A stretch of 64,000 bases of DNA, taken from contig NC_043010.1 of NCBI RefSeq assembly GCF_006345805.1, forward strand, positions 12,276,001 through 12,340,000, given 5' to 3'. Positions 51,951 through 64,000 of the stretch are shown here, piece by piece. Both the position numbers and the translations under genes were made by a program. The notes beneath the pieces were generated by a model. It did no database searches. It was not told the DNA's origin and saw nothing but the letters and a program-made list of their open reading frames with translations. The DNA comes from Octopus sinensis. Lineage: Eukaryota. Numbering within the stretch: position 1 is the first letter of the stretch; the number at the start of each line of letters is the position of its first letter.

Positions 51951-52369
51951 ATCTTCATTCGTGCAATATTTTTTCAATATGTTATATCACACATAATGAA
52001 CAATAGTATCGTTGGTTATGAGATTCCAACTGACCAGCAACTGGTTCACCGTATTTCTGGTGACAAGGTGACAAGGGAAAGTCTTTCCCTTGATACAGAG
52101 TAAATTATCTTGATGAGCTTAGTTTTCCATTTATCTTACTTTATCTTACCAATGTCTGTAAACTTTACTGACATAATGTACATACAAACACACACAAACA
52201 CACACACAAAACAAACACACACAACACTCATCATCATCGTCATCATCATCATTATCTACACCATCACCATCATCGTCAATTTAATAACTGCTTTTAAATG
52301 CTTTCTATGAGCAGGACAGGATTTTCTCCATCGAAGCGTCTTGCCATTAATTTCAGTTTTTTTTTAATA

Positions 52370-52530
52370 TTCTTCATGAGGCCCAGGTTCCAGGGATCAG
52401 CTTTTACATCCTCTTGTGCCTCCCTCATTCTTCCTCTTCCATGAGTTCCTTCCACTTGAATCATCTGGCACATCTTTATCCAGCTCTCATCTTTCATATA
52501 CATCACATATCCATAAAAGTACTGTCTCCT
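52370..52530 (-). mobile_element. Degenerate RTE-clade LINE ORF C-terminal fragment
   Basis: MKDESWIKMCQMIQVEGTHGRGR..DVKAD..LGL resembles the RTE 'VEG.RGRGRP' tail. Confidence 0.55.
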
Positions 52531-52575
52531 CTCTCGTATACTTCACTTGATTTCTCTTGTACCCAATGTTTCTCT

Positions 52576-52881
52576 AGTGGAGGCACATGGCCTAGTGGTT
52601 AGAGCAGCGGACTCGTGGTCGAGGGATCACGGGTTCAAATCTCAGACCGGGCGATGTATGTGTTTATGAGCGAAACACCTAAGCTCCACGCAGCTCAGGC
52701 AGAAGGCAATGGCGAAACTTCTGCTGACTCTTTCACCACAAATTTCTCTCACTCTTTTCTCCTGCATCTTGCAGCTCACCCGCGACGGACCAGTGTCCCA
52801 TCCAGGTGGGGAGCCAATACGCCAAGAAACCAGGAAACCGGCCCTTATGAGCCAGGCATGGCTCGAGAAGAAGGAATAACG
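52576..52881 (+). mobile_element. tRNA-derived SINE family D with 11-bp TSD
   Basis: tRNA-like head GTGGAGGCACATGGCCTAGTGGTTAGAGCAGCGG..GGTTCAAATC. The TSD AATGTTTCTCT lies at 52565-52575 and 52882-52892. Confidence 0.88.
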
Positions 52882-53133
52882 AATGTTTCTCTCAGCTCTG
52901 TTGTTTATGCACACTATATAATGCATCCTGTGGAACATACCAACCACATTTCTTCCCAGTGATCACACATCCTCTGTATTCAATTCTAATGTTTTCCTGC
53001 CATGAAACATTGCCCGATGTATGAAGCACCAAACCCTTGATAGAAGAACTCCCTTGTTGTCATCAGGGGTAATAGCTCCTTAAACTTTCCTCATCTGCAC
53101 TACATTTTCATTCTGGCTACTATACTTTTATGA

Positions 53134-53348
53134 TACTCTTTACTTACTTGTTTCAGTCATTTGACTGCGGCCATGCTGGAGCACCGCCTTTAATCAAGCA
53201 AATCGACCCCGGGACTTATTCTTTGTAAGCCCAGTACTTATTCTATCGGTCTCTTTTGCCAAACCGCTAAGTGACGGGGACGTAAACACACCAGCATCGG
53301 TTGTCAAGCAATGCTAGGGGGACAAACACAGACACACAAACACACACA

Positions 53349-53386
<38 letters not shown>

Positions 53387-53551
53387 TACAACAGGCTTCT
53401 TTCAGTTTCTGTCTACCAAATCCACTCACAAGGCATTGGTCGGCCCGGGGCTATAGCAGAAGACACTTGCCCGAGGTGCTACGCAGTGGGACTGAACCCG
53501 GAACCAGGTGGTTGGTTAGCAAGCTACTTACCACACAGCCACTCCTGCGCC
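53134..53551 (-). mobile_element. SINE family A, full length
   Basis: Homology to family A. Confidence 0.9.
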
Positions 53552-53886
53552 TATGCTTCTTTCTTTTTTTTTTTTTTTTCTTTTGGTATCAATGAAGACA
53601 GTTGAACTACTATCATTTCATACACACCTTTCTTCTGCAATATTCTGATTTGCATTGATACACTGCTTTGCAATTTAGAACCTGCTTTGTAATCCAAAAC
53701 ACACCACATCCCTGATCCTCAGGTTACAGGGCATTGTCAAACCTCATTCTTTCAGCTTCTCTTTTTGATGCTAAAAGTTTCTCCCTTAGTTTCCTGAGAG
53801 AGTTCTTTGCCTTACCCATTTCTTCTAATCTTTACAGGCCTGCCTTTTAGCTTTTAGGGTCCTATTTACTGTACCATTCTATTACC

Positions 53887-54119
53887 TATTTCTTTATTAC
53901 CCACAAGGGTCTAAACATAGAGGGGACAAACAAGGACAGACATAGGTATTAAGTCGATCACACCGATCCCAGTGCGTAACTGGTACTTAATTTATTGACC
54001 CCAAAAGGATGAAAGATAAAGTCGACCTCGGTGGAAATTGAACTCACAACGTAACGGCAGACGAAATACCGCTAAGCATTTCACTTGGCGTGCTAACATT
54101 TCTTCCAGCTCTCCGCCTA
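53887..54119 (-). mobile_element. SINE family B with 15-bp TSD
   Basis: The TSD TACCATTCTATTACC lies at 53872-53886 and 54120-54134. Confidence 0.9.
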
Positions 54120-54243
54120 TACCATTCTATTACCATGTAATCACATTCTGCCAAACTGGTGACTTACTACATATACAGATCTATTCTGTAGCTTGCAACT
54201 GGTTATCTCATAGAAGCTGCCATTTGTTAAAATAATAATAATG

Positions 54244-54790
54244 AAATTATTGTATACAGCGCTCAGGTGCACCACAACTTGTCAGAAAGTGCGTATAAAG
54301 CATATGCAGTAATGTACAAATGTCTGGGAAGGGAACAGTGTATGAGTCAGATACATGCTTGCGTGTGTGTGTGGAGGGGAGAAAATCAGGTGTAGCGTTG
54401 GCGAATCTCAGAAAGCATGGAAGCTTTGAAGGATGCAGTGCTCCAACAACTAACAACTGATGCTGGCAGTTTGTTCCATGCTTCAGCAACTCTTAACATG
54501 AAAAAATGTTTCCGAAAGTCATGGGAGCTGTGCTGTTTTCTGACTTTGTAAACATGTCCACGGGTGTTAGACAGGTGGAGTTTGAAAAGGTGCTCAGAGT
54601 TATTGTTTGTAAGATGGTTAATGATTTTATGGATGTCTGCCAAGTCAGCTGCCAGACGTCGGAGTTTCAATGTGTCCATGTCCAGGGAAGTAAGGCATTC
54701 AGAATATGGCAAATGCCTGATGGAGAGTATTCTCTTGGTTGCACGTCACTGAACAGCTTCCAGACGATTAATATCCTGGACAAGATAGGG
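54244..54790 (-). mobile_element. CR1-clade LINE 3' fragment
   Basis: ORF 54386-54712 reads LDMDTLKLRR..NTRGHVYKVRKQ..RKHFFMLRVAEAWNKLP. Confidence 0.82.
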
Positions 54791-55140
54791 GTTCCAGACC
54801 AGTTGTTAAAAGACTCAATCTTACCACTGCCACCTTTATGTGTTAATTAATGCTTCATTGAGCCTAGATCTTTGCTGATACACTTTTCAGCTTCTACGCT
54901 ATTTGTCTCTAGCTTATTTTGCATCTCTGAGTCCATCTAGCTCTTATCATGAGATCATTGATCTCTAGCCTATATCAAGCAGTATATCCTCATTTGGGAA
55001 ATATTTAGTATTAATATCCAGTTGTCTGTCATATATCGTGGTGCATGTGAAGTCTGTCTGTCTGGCTTGCATGTTCACTTCTTTGCTTGCTGACCAGAAG
55101 GCTGGTTAGATTACAGAAGTTATTGTTGCAACTGGCCAGG

Positions 55141-55510
55141 TCATCATCATCATCATCATCATCATCGTTTAACGTCCGTTTTCCGCGCTAGCACGGGTTG
55201 GACGGTTCGACCGGGGTCTGGGAAGCCAGGGGCTGCTCCAGGCTCCAGTCTGATCTGGCAGAGTTTCTACAGCTGGATGCCCTTCCTAACGCCAACCACT
55301 CCGCGAGTGTAGTGGGTGCTTTTTATGTGCCACCTGCACAGGTGCCAGGGGGGGGGTGTCCGGCATCGGTCACCATCGGTTGGAGCTTTTAACGTGCCAG
55401 CGACACGGAAGCCAGCCAAGGCGGTGCTGGCAACGTTCGGATGGTCTTTTTTATGTGCCACTGGCACAGGAGCCAGTCGGGGCGGTGCTGGCATCGGCCA
55501 CATTCGATAG
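55141..55510 (-). mobile_element. Retroposon family E copy
   Basis: Same structure as the 51583 copy. Confidence 0.82.
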
Positions 55511-55659
55511 AACTACAACAGTCTTGAATCCTTCCTCATTCATCATAGCTTACCCATAGCCTTCACCCATTACAGAGTAGCCACTATAGTGTCGACCAAC
55601 ACGGCTATTAAAATCATCAGTCATGGAAACAGGATTGTTGTCATTCATTATCATGTTAA

Positions 55660-55880
55660 CCCTTTAGTGTTCGCATTATCCTGCCAAAATAAATCGCTTT
55701 TTATCCAAATTGTTTTGAACTAATCATGCATTATCTTGTAGCTATGAGATTTTAATGAGGTAGCTGTTAATTTTTAAAACGATATTGTAGGGTTGGTGTG
55801 AGAGACCAGATACGGCCAGTCTGAACATAAAACAAGCAGAATACTTTTGGCCAGATATGGCCGGTTTAAATGCTAAAGGG
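55660..55880. mobile_element. piggyBac-like MITE
   Basis: TTAA|CCCTTTAG ... CTAAAGGG|TTAA, i.e. a TTAA TSD with CCC-starting TIRs. A related fragment lies at ~7565-7645. Confidence 0.75.
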
Positions 55881-57731
55881 TTAATCTGCAAAATAGTCTT
55901 ATAGACATGGTCCATTTTATTCACCTGCCAACCTTGATTGTGATATATTTACAGAGAACCCTGTTGTTGTCATGCACCTTATTGTGAGTCTAAGCGTCAA
56001 GCACACACTTCAACTACCTCAATTATTTTATCTATCCATTTCTCAGCTAGAGGTCTGCCTGTTCCATCCACTCCAGTGCTGTTATCCACTTTGATAAATG
56101 TGTACCTGTGTTCCTCATATGGCTGGTGTCTGGATGAGGTTTACCTCAGTAGACGTGTATACAGTACACATCTGCTTCACACCATTTCAAGATCTGTTTA
56201 ATCTCTCCATACCTGACATTTTATTATGTCAAGGATGTACATGTGGGGTATGATAGGCTTCCATACAGTTTCCATCAGCCAAATTCCATTCGCAGGGTTA
56301 TAGTAAACCTGAGCCTGTAGTAGGTACCACTCACTCAAAGTGTGTGTGTGTGTGTGTGTAAGATAGACTTCCACACAGTGTCTCTCTGTCAAAATTCTAT
56401 TCACAAGGCATTGGTCATCTTGAGACAATGCTAAAAGTCACTTGCCCAAGATGCTAAATAGTGAGATCAAACCCCAAAATATGTAGTTGCAAAGTGAATG
56501 TCTGAACCACACAGTCATTCCTGTACCTATCACTAAAAATAAAAAGTTGTATCTCAAATGGAACTTGCTCTTTGCATATCAAACAGGCCCAATTACTCGG
56601 CTCCATTCACAGTAAATCATATTCATTTATTACAAATGTTTTCTCTGTTATATAACATCATAACTGAGCAGTTGAGATGGTTGATACCTCTCACTTGGAA
56701 ACTGTTTTCCATATTCAGGCATTAAAAAAAAAAAAGAAATGTTTTGCCACTCTAAGAAAAATGCAACGAACATTATTCCCAGCAATGTGATATAAGATAA
56801 TCTAAAAGATGCAATCTTTGGTGATGTAACAGTGTTAATAGAACATTACGATTCTTAAACATACCTTTGAACAAGACACAGCGAGAGAGAGAGGGGAGTG
56901 GGGGAGGGAAAATATTTGTCACCCATAAAGGAAGCATTCTCTGCAACTCCCCACATCCACCCGCATTAAACTATTACTATAAGGATACATTAAATGTTTA
57001 AATGTCTACGATGTGTGATTGTTAATATAGTTATAATGTTTTTTGACAATCAATTTCATTTTTAAAGATGAAACATTTAAAAAAAAAAAACATTTACTCC
57101 TGTCATAAGACAGTTACAGACTGTTACATTTTAAGTTCAAATCTTACTGGGGTTTAATTTGTTATTTATCCTAAATGACACACACCAGTCGAGTCATGTC
57201 GATGGTGTAACAGACAATTTGCCCTTCCAGCAAATTTGAAACTTTGTCCTTATGTTAGAAACATGTAGTTACATCTAGACTGTGTCTTAGTTGGATATGG
57301 ACATAATTCTTTCATTATGTAAAAATCTAAGCAGGCATTTGAAAATGATTGGAGATTAAACCATTTGAGACTTAGTGTAGATGTTAACACTGTATAATTA
57401 TAATCATAATAGCATATACAGATATGCATACATAAGTGTAAATATTAGATATGCATATGTGTGTGTTTGTATGTGTGGATCAAAACAGATTGATTCAAAT
57501 TCCTTGGTACTTTGAGTTTCAAAGTGTAATGCTAATCCTCAGCGACTGGATATTTGGTTCAAATTGTTTTGATCCATACATGTAACTCCTGATAAATGTG
57601 TTGAGTGCACTTCTTTTGTTTGTCCACTCAATATTATATTATAATGGGGAGGCTCTACATCGTAGAGTTTGCTTCTTCTCCAGATTTATGTTTTTCTACA
57701 AACGATATATATATATATATAATATATATAT

Positions 57732-57770
<39 letters not shown>

Positions 57771-57880
57771 CACACATATATACAAATATACATACATATG
57801 TACAAGTATATGTATATATATGTATATGCATATATATATGTACACACACAAAAACATACATAAGTAAAGGGTGTAAAAAT

Positions 57881-58419
57881 AAGAAGAAAACTGAGAAGAA
57901 ATGGATGTAATTAATAATTTCTTTGTATGTTACAAAAAAGATGACAGTTTTTTTAAAAAAACATAACAGTACAAATAAATTGAATTACAGGTCGAAAGTG
58001 CAAAACATAAATTAGAATGAAGTAAGGAACCTACATATATGTTTCAGTCATATCATCAAGCTGAGGGTAATTTCAATGCCTTTGGTTTAATGCTAAGAAA
58101 GTTTTACTTTTGAAAAGAAAAAAACGATTACCTAATTTCCATGCACTCTATATTAACTCTGAATATGTCCTACCCCCATTTAGTTATAATATGGTAATTC
58201 CTTAGCATTAAACCAAATGCTTCAAAATTACCATCAACTAGATGATAGGATCGAAACATATATTTAGGTTCCTTATTTTATTTTAATTTATTTTTTGAGC
58301 TTTCAACCTGTACTTCAATTTATTTGTACTGTAGTGTTTTTTAAAAAAAAAAACTGTCATCTTTTTGTAACATACAAATAAATTATTAATTACATCCCTC
58401 TCTTCTCCATTTTCTTCTT
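57881..58419. mobile_element. Fold-back element / long-TIR MITE (arms ~218 bp, ~85% identical, ~100-bp spacer)
   Basis: 57881-58097 aligns by eye with the reverse complement of 58201-58419. No TSD was identified. Confidence 0.75.
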
Positions 58420-59035
58420 GTTGCTTTTTCCCCCAATGTTGATAATTTCAATAATCCTGAGCATATACCAATGACTTTCACATTATATAATAGGGATTAT
58501 ACCTGTGGAATACCTTGGATTATACAATCTCTAATGAGGATGTAACTTTCTCTAATTAAGTATACATATATATGTTTGTCACTCAAGAGACACCCTTAAT
58601 TAAATTAAACAACACATGGATTTAATCCCATTGGATCTCAATACTTCAAGGTAATTTTTTCGTGAACTATCATCACACTCAAGATACACAAAGACTTTAC
58701 AATGTATCGGAGTACCTATTTTTTAATTTTTGTATATTTTTATTATTATTTTTTTGCAAAAAACAATGTAATTTTCTTTTTTCCCCCTCCTCACATTTAA
58801 AAAAAAATTTTTTTTTCTTTAAAATTCTTGAAAAGTCACATTATGACGAAAACCGGTTTGAATTAATATATATATATTTTATCAATTTTTCAAAATTTTC
58901 CATACACCCATTTTCATTAAAATTCTCTTTCAATTTAGCATTCTGCCTTTTTACAATTTTTCCTTGCCTATCATTTCTCCACTTGCGGTCAACACAACCC
59001 CACCCATTTATTGATTTATATATATATATATATAG

Positions 59036-59083
<48 letters not shown>

Positions 59084-59104
59084 TGATAGATAGATAGATA
59101 GATA

Positions 59105-59465
59105 TTCTTTTATTCTTATACTACTTTTTTTTGTTTTCAGTCATTTGACCGTGGCCATGCTGAACTTATTCTTTGTAAACCTAGTACTTATTCTATCAGC
59201 CGTGTTTGTCAAACCGTTAAGTGACAGGGGATGTAAACACACCAACACCAGCTGTCAAGTGATGGTAGGGACAAACACAAACACAGACAAATATATACAT
59301 ATAAATATACGACGACTTTCTTTTAGTTTCGATCTACCAAATCCAGTCACAAGGTTTTGGACAGCCTGAGGCAATAGTAGAAGACACTTGCCCAAGGTAC
59401 CATGCAGTTGGACTGAACTCAGAACCATGTGATTGAGAAACAAGCTTCTTACCACACAGCTATGC
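59105..59465 (-). mobile_element. Old SINE family A copy
   Basis: Diverged homology to family A. Confidence 0.75.
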
Positions 59466-59480
59466 TGATGGCTCTCTCTT

Positions 59481-59516
<36 letters not shown>

Positions 59517-59631
59517 ATATATATAATTATCCATATTTAGATTTATTATAATTATTTTTGCCAAATTATATATAAAAACAATTTTGCATTAAACACAAGG
59601 ATTACTCAATAGTTTTACATACACACACACA

Positions 59632-59731
59632 NNNNNNNNNNNNNNNNNNNNNNNNNNNNNNNNNNNNNNNNNNNNNNNNNNNNNNNNNNNNNNNNNNNNN
59701 NNNNNNNNNNNNNNNNNNNNNNNNNNNNNNN
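59632..59731. other. Assembly gap (100 N)
   Basis: Exactly 100 N, typical of an unknown-size scaffolding gap. Distances across it are unreliable. Confidence 0.99.
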
Positions 59732-59779
59732 CTAAATGCAGATGAAATTAAATATATATGTTACATATGTGTGGACATG

Positions 59780-59824
<45 letters not shown>

Positions 59825-59891
59825 GAGAGAGAGAGGGAGAGGAGATATATATATATATATTTCGTATACATATGTGTATGTGTTTATATAT

Positions 59892-59937
<46 letters not shown>

Positions 59938-60036
59938 CATCTTTTCTTTACACTCCTCTTCATTTTCAATTACACATATATATACATATACGTACATACA
60001 TTAATGTATATATATTATATTATTTACATAATGCAT

Positions 60037-60069
<33 letters not shown>

Positions 60070-60732
60070 GAGAATGCATATAGATATCTATTTATATTTA
60101 CCCATATATTTATAAACACACATATACATATAAGCACATATACATATATGCATACATGCATAGATACACACATATACACACATACATACATACATACATA
60201 CATACATACATACATAAATACACACATATACATACATACAAACATAAGTACGTATATTCATTCATTCTTTCATTCATTCATTCATTCATACATAAACGCA
60301 GAAGAAAAGTATTTATTTAGGCTAAACATTAACAAAGTATACAAAGTTGAAAAATTTGTAAAAAAAATATACAAAAAAACTCATCAAACTTAATTGAAAC
60401 AGAAATATATATATGTCCAGTTTGTCCAAATTCTATAGAAAAATACCGAATGCCAAGTTTTGCATTTCTATTTTCTTTATATTTTTACTGATAGCTTCCA
60501 GAGCAAATATACTTGATTGATTTTTTTCTCGCACTTCTCTACAAATATATCTTTCTTAGCATGTTGAAATTTGGAGAAAAAAAGAGAAGAAAATATTAAA
60601 AAAAAACAACCCAGCAACAACAACAACAACAGTATTCAATAGCAACACCACTGTCGAAGTTCAATCCTGACAAGTGTTAGTTATATTGCTGAAGGTAGGA
60701 GAAGGGTTCCCACGATATCAATCAATAAAAAC

Positions 60733-60765
<33 letters not shown>

Positions 60766-62499
60766 AATGTAAAAAGTACTTCACAAGTATGCTACATCCA
60801 TGTTTTTCGCTCAATAAACACTTTTAACAGCTCTGGGCCATAGCACTTACATGGAATGAGAAGAAAAAAAACCCCCCCAAAAAACAGCAACCACAAAACA
60901 AGGTAGAATAGATAGATAGGTAGTTGGACTTGCGACAGGCTTAAAATTGGAGCGAGCCAGGCACAGCAGTATTAAGATGCGTGAGAGCTGCTGAAACTGT
61001 TTTAGGAAGCAAAATATACCCTTATAGCTATACATGCCTTAAAGCAGGATAAAAAAGTACAGGCAAAATTTCCTGAGAATATATGACAGTAATTTGTTAT
61101 TAACCCTTTCATTTCAGAAGAAAATTGTGTAAAATAACTTAAGGCACTTTTTTTTTATAGTTGTTTTTTGTTGTTTCAATTTGTTTGTTGTTTGTTTTTG
61201 TAATTGTAATTATTTATTTTCTTTTACACAATTCTAGTTTCTTTTAAATAGTTTACATGAGAAAATAGTATTTAATTTTTGAATACATACCTTGGTAATT
61301 TTTTTACTGTTTTTACTTTAAAAGAATTTCAGTACACATCTTGAAACTGTCTTTCTATACCTTCAGTGATCTTTGTAGTAAAGTGCCAAACTATTAAAAG
61401 AAAAAAACAGCTTCCTTGAATAGCTGTATCTGTAATCCATGTCTCCCAGTGAAGTCTGCTCTAACTACTGCTACAGCATCATGTTATATTGATAGATATA
61501 TCTGAAGTGTGAGTAAGTGCAACCGTTGATAAATATCTGTGGTCTATATAAGTACTAGCATTTGTCTATGTGTCTGTGTGTCTGTAAGCGCACATGTGCC
61601 GGTGTGTAAATGTGTAGCGTGCGTACACGAATGTGCTTTTGTGTTTGTGTGTATGAGTGTGCGTGGAAGCACCTGTGAGCTAGTGTGTATATGCCTGCCT
61701 GCCTGCCTGCCTGTCATCTGTGCATGTCTCTATACTAGCTCAGTCGTCATGTACATGCGCCGGTGTGTCTGTGTGTATGTTTTCTATGTGTGCATGTGTG
61801 AACAGAGTGAGAATATTGACTCCAGCATGAGTTTGGTCAGCAAGGAATCAGAAAAATCTTTTCAGTTCTTTTAGTAAAGCAATTCAATACATATACTTCC
61901 ATAAATACATACACGCATAAGCGTTACAGACAAAAGCTGTTCAATAGGTACATACGCATACATACTTATTATACGTGGAAAGAATTCAATAACATCTGTG
62001 CCAAACTTCATTATTTCACTAAAGATGAATGGTATTTTTCAAGAAATTCTTCCTTAAACTCACTTTCTTTCCTAAAAGTTGTCTTAGCTCTCAGGTGGTG
62101 GTAGCTGCAGAGATGGTGATGGTGGTGACGTTAGAGGAGGTTCAGATGTATTTCCTGATAAAAATTTATATCTTCCAATAATTTATAAATTTACTTCGAA
62201 TAAAGAAATTTTGATTTAATGAATAAAGACTGTAAAATGAGAAAATTAGACCCTGACAAGTTATATCAAAGTAAATTTTCCAGGCACTTATCATTCAATC
62301 TAGACAATTTCCAATGGGAGAAGAGGCATCTGATATTGTCACTTATAAAATACAGAAAATTAATGAAAACATGCAGTTGTTGGAATCTTTTCTTTTTTTT
62401 CTGCAAAAGTATATATATTTTTTATTTCATTATTTTATCATCATTATCAATGTGATAATCACAATTGTAATAGATATTATTTCCAAAATTATTCCTATT

Positions 62500-62733
62500 C
62501 CCACTATTATTATATTCACACATTATCCTTGCTATTATTTTAATAACAATAATAACAGTAAAAAGAATAACAACAACAACAATAACAACAACAACAATTA
62601 TTTATTATTATTATCATTGTTGTTGCTGTTATTATTATTATTATGGTGATGATGAAAATGATGATGTTGATGATGATGATGATCATCATCATCATTATAT
62701 CTATCATCATTATTATTATTATTATTATTATTA

Positions 62734-62766
<33 letters not shown>

Positions 62767-63053
62767 ATTTTATATAACTATTCCACCACCACCATATGCA
62801 CATATGAATTATAACTTGTCTTTGTAATATTCCCTTCATCCAGTGCCCCTTGTGGCAAATAAAAGAAATCATCATGATCATTATTATATATATTGTATAA
62901 TAATAATAAAATAATAATAATAATAATAATAATGTATTATTATTATTGCTGTTGCTGCTGTTGTATATACTATTATAATTTTCATTATTATAGGTGCTAT
63001 TAAAATTATTTATCATAAAAATTTTTTTCATCATGTGAACAATTTCATAAATA

Positions 63054-63114
<61 letters not shown>

Positions 63115-64000
63115 TTGCTGCCTTCTCTCACCCCCACCACCATCACCCCCACCACCACACCCTTCTTGAATCTTATTCTAATTCTCTCCAGCACCATTAT
63201 TACAAACATTAGGCATAACCTGCTACCCTCAACCCCTATGCCATTACCTACTCTTACAACCACCCTAACACCACCACCACCACCACCACCACCATCACCA
63301 CCACCACCACCATCACCACCACCACCACAATATACTGAATTATAATCAAGACAGCTATCCTTCCGCCATGTCTGCTCCCACCAACACCTTCAAATTATAT
63401 CAATGTTCACTTTAATACTGTCATCATCATCATTATCATCATTATCATCATCATCATCATTATTAGCAGAGGCAGCAGCAGCAACAGCATTGCCACCAAT
63501 TACACCGACATCAACATCAACATCAGCATCAGTATCACCAATATTACACCATCTCCACTATGTCGCTATGCTATAATCATCCTACATAATAAATAATATA
63601 ACTACATCGTACGTATTAGAATCAGGAGTAATTTAGACAACTGGCATCAACACCATCATAACCACCATCACCACCACCGCCACCACGTACACCAACATAA
63701 CCACCACCACCACCACCACCACAATCATCACCACCACAATCACCACCATCACAACCTGCTACCATCACCACTACCACCACCACCATTGCCACCATCACAA
63801 CTACCACTATCACCATCATCACCACCACTACCATCAGAAGCACATCCATCACCACCACCACCACCACCACCACCACAATCACCACCATCACCACTACCAC
63901 CATCACATTGGCCACCACCATTGCCACCATCACAACTACCACTATCACCATCATCACCACCACTACCATCAGAAGCACATCCACCACCACCACCGCCACC
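62500..64000. repeat. Compound (TAA)n/(TTA)n/(CAT)n/(CAC)n repeat region
   Basis: Direct inspection. It includes an ~80-bp unit duplicated at 63781 and 63916. Confidence 0.92.

Noticed and set aside
57503-57546. CUGAGGA...GAAA...GUA on the minus strand
   Set aside because: There is no stem II, and stem I is only 1 bp.

Overview
This is AT-rich (roughly 30-35% GC by eye), microsatellite- and retroposon-dense eukaryotic genomic DNA. The SINE families and gene content point to an octopus (coleoid cephalopod); that assignment is by recognition and was not searched. The only well-supported gene is a minus-strand protocadherin. One large coding exon (16166-13776: signal peptide, six cadherin repeats, TM, juxtamembrane tail) is preceded by a splice acceptor at 16195/16194 and followed by two inferred small cytoplasmic exons (11057-10907 and 10205-10132), giving about 871 aa. 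The ~47 kb upstream holds no other recognisable gene. It contains several tRNA-derived SINE families, decayed CR1/L2/RTE LINE and Tc1/mariner fragments, MITEs, fold-back elements, long simple repeats and a 100-N gap. Nearly all other ORFs in the supplied track are microsatellite or SINE artefacts. The most notable unannotated signal is a set of minimal type I hammerhead-ribozyme motifs of the kind associated with Penelope-like elements. One has a complete canonical core and lies on the sense strand ~480 nt upstream of the protocadherin coding-exon acceptor; others sit in long (TA)n-embedded palindromes. A two-copy MITE with GG..CC ends, 8-bp TSDs and internal TTAGGG repeats is also present. 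All structures were read by eye; no folding or database searches were run.
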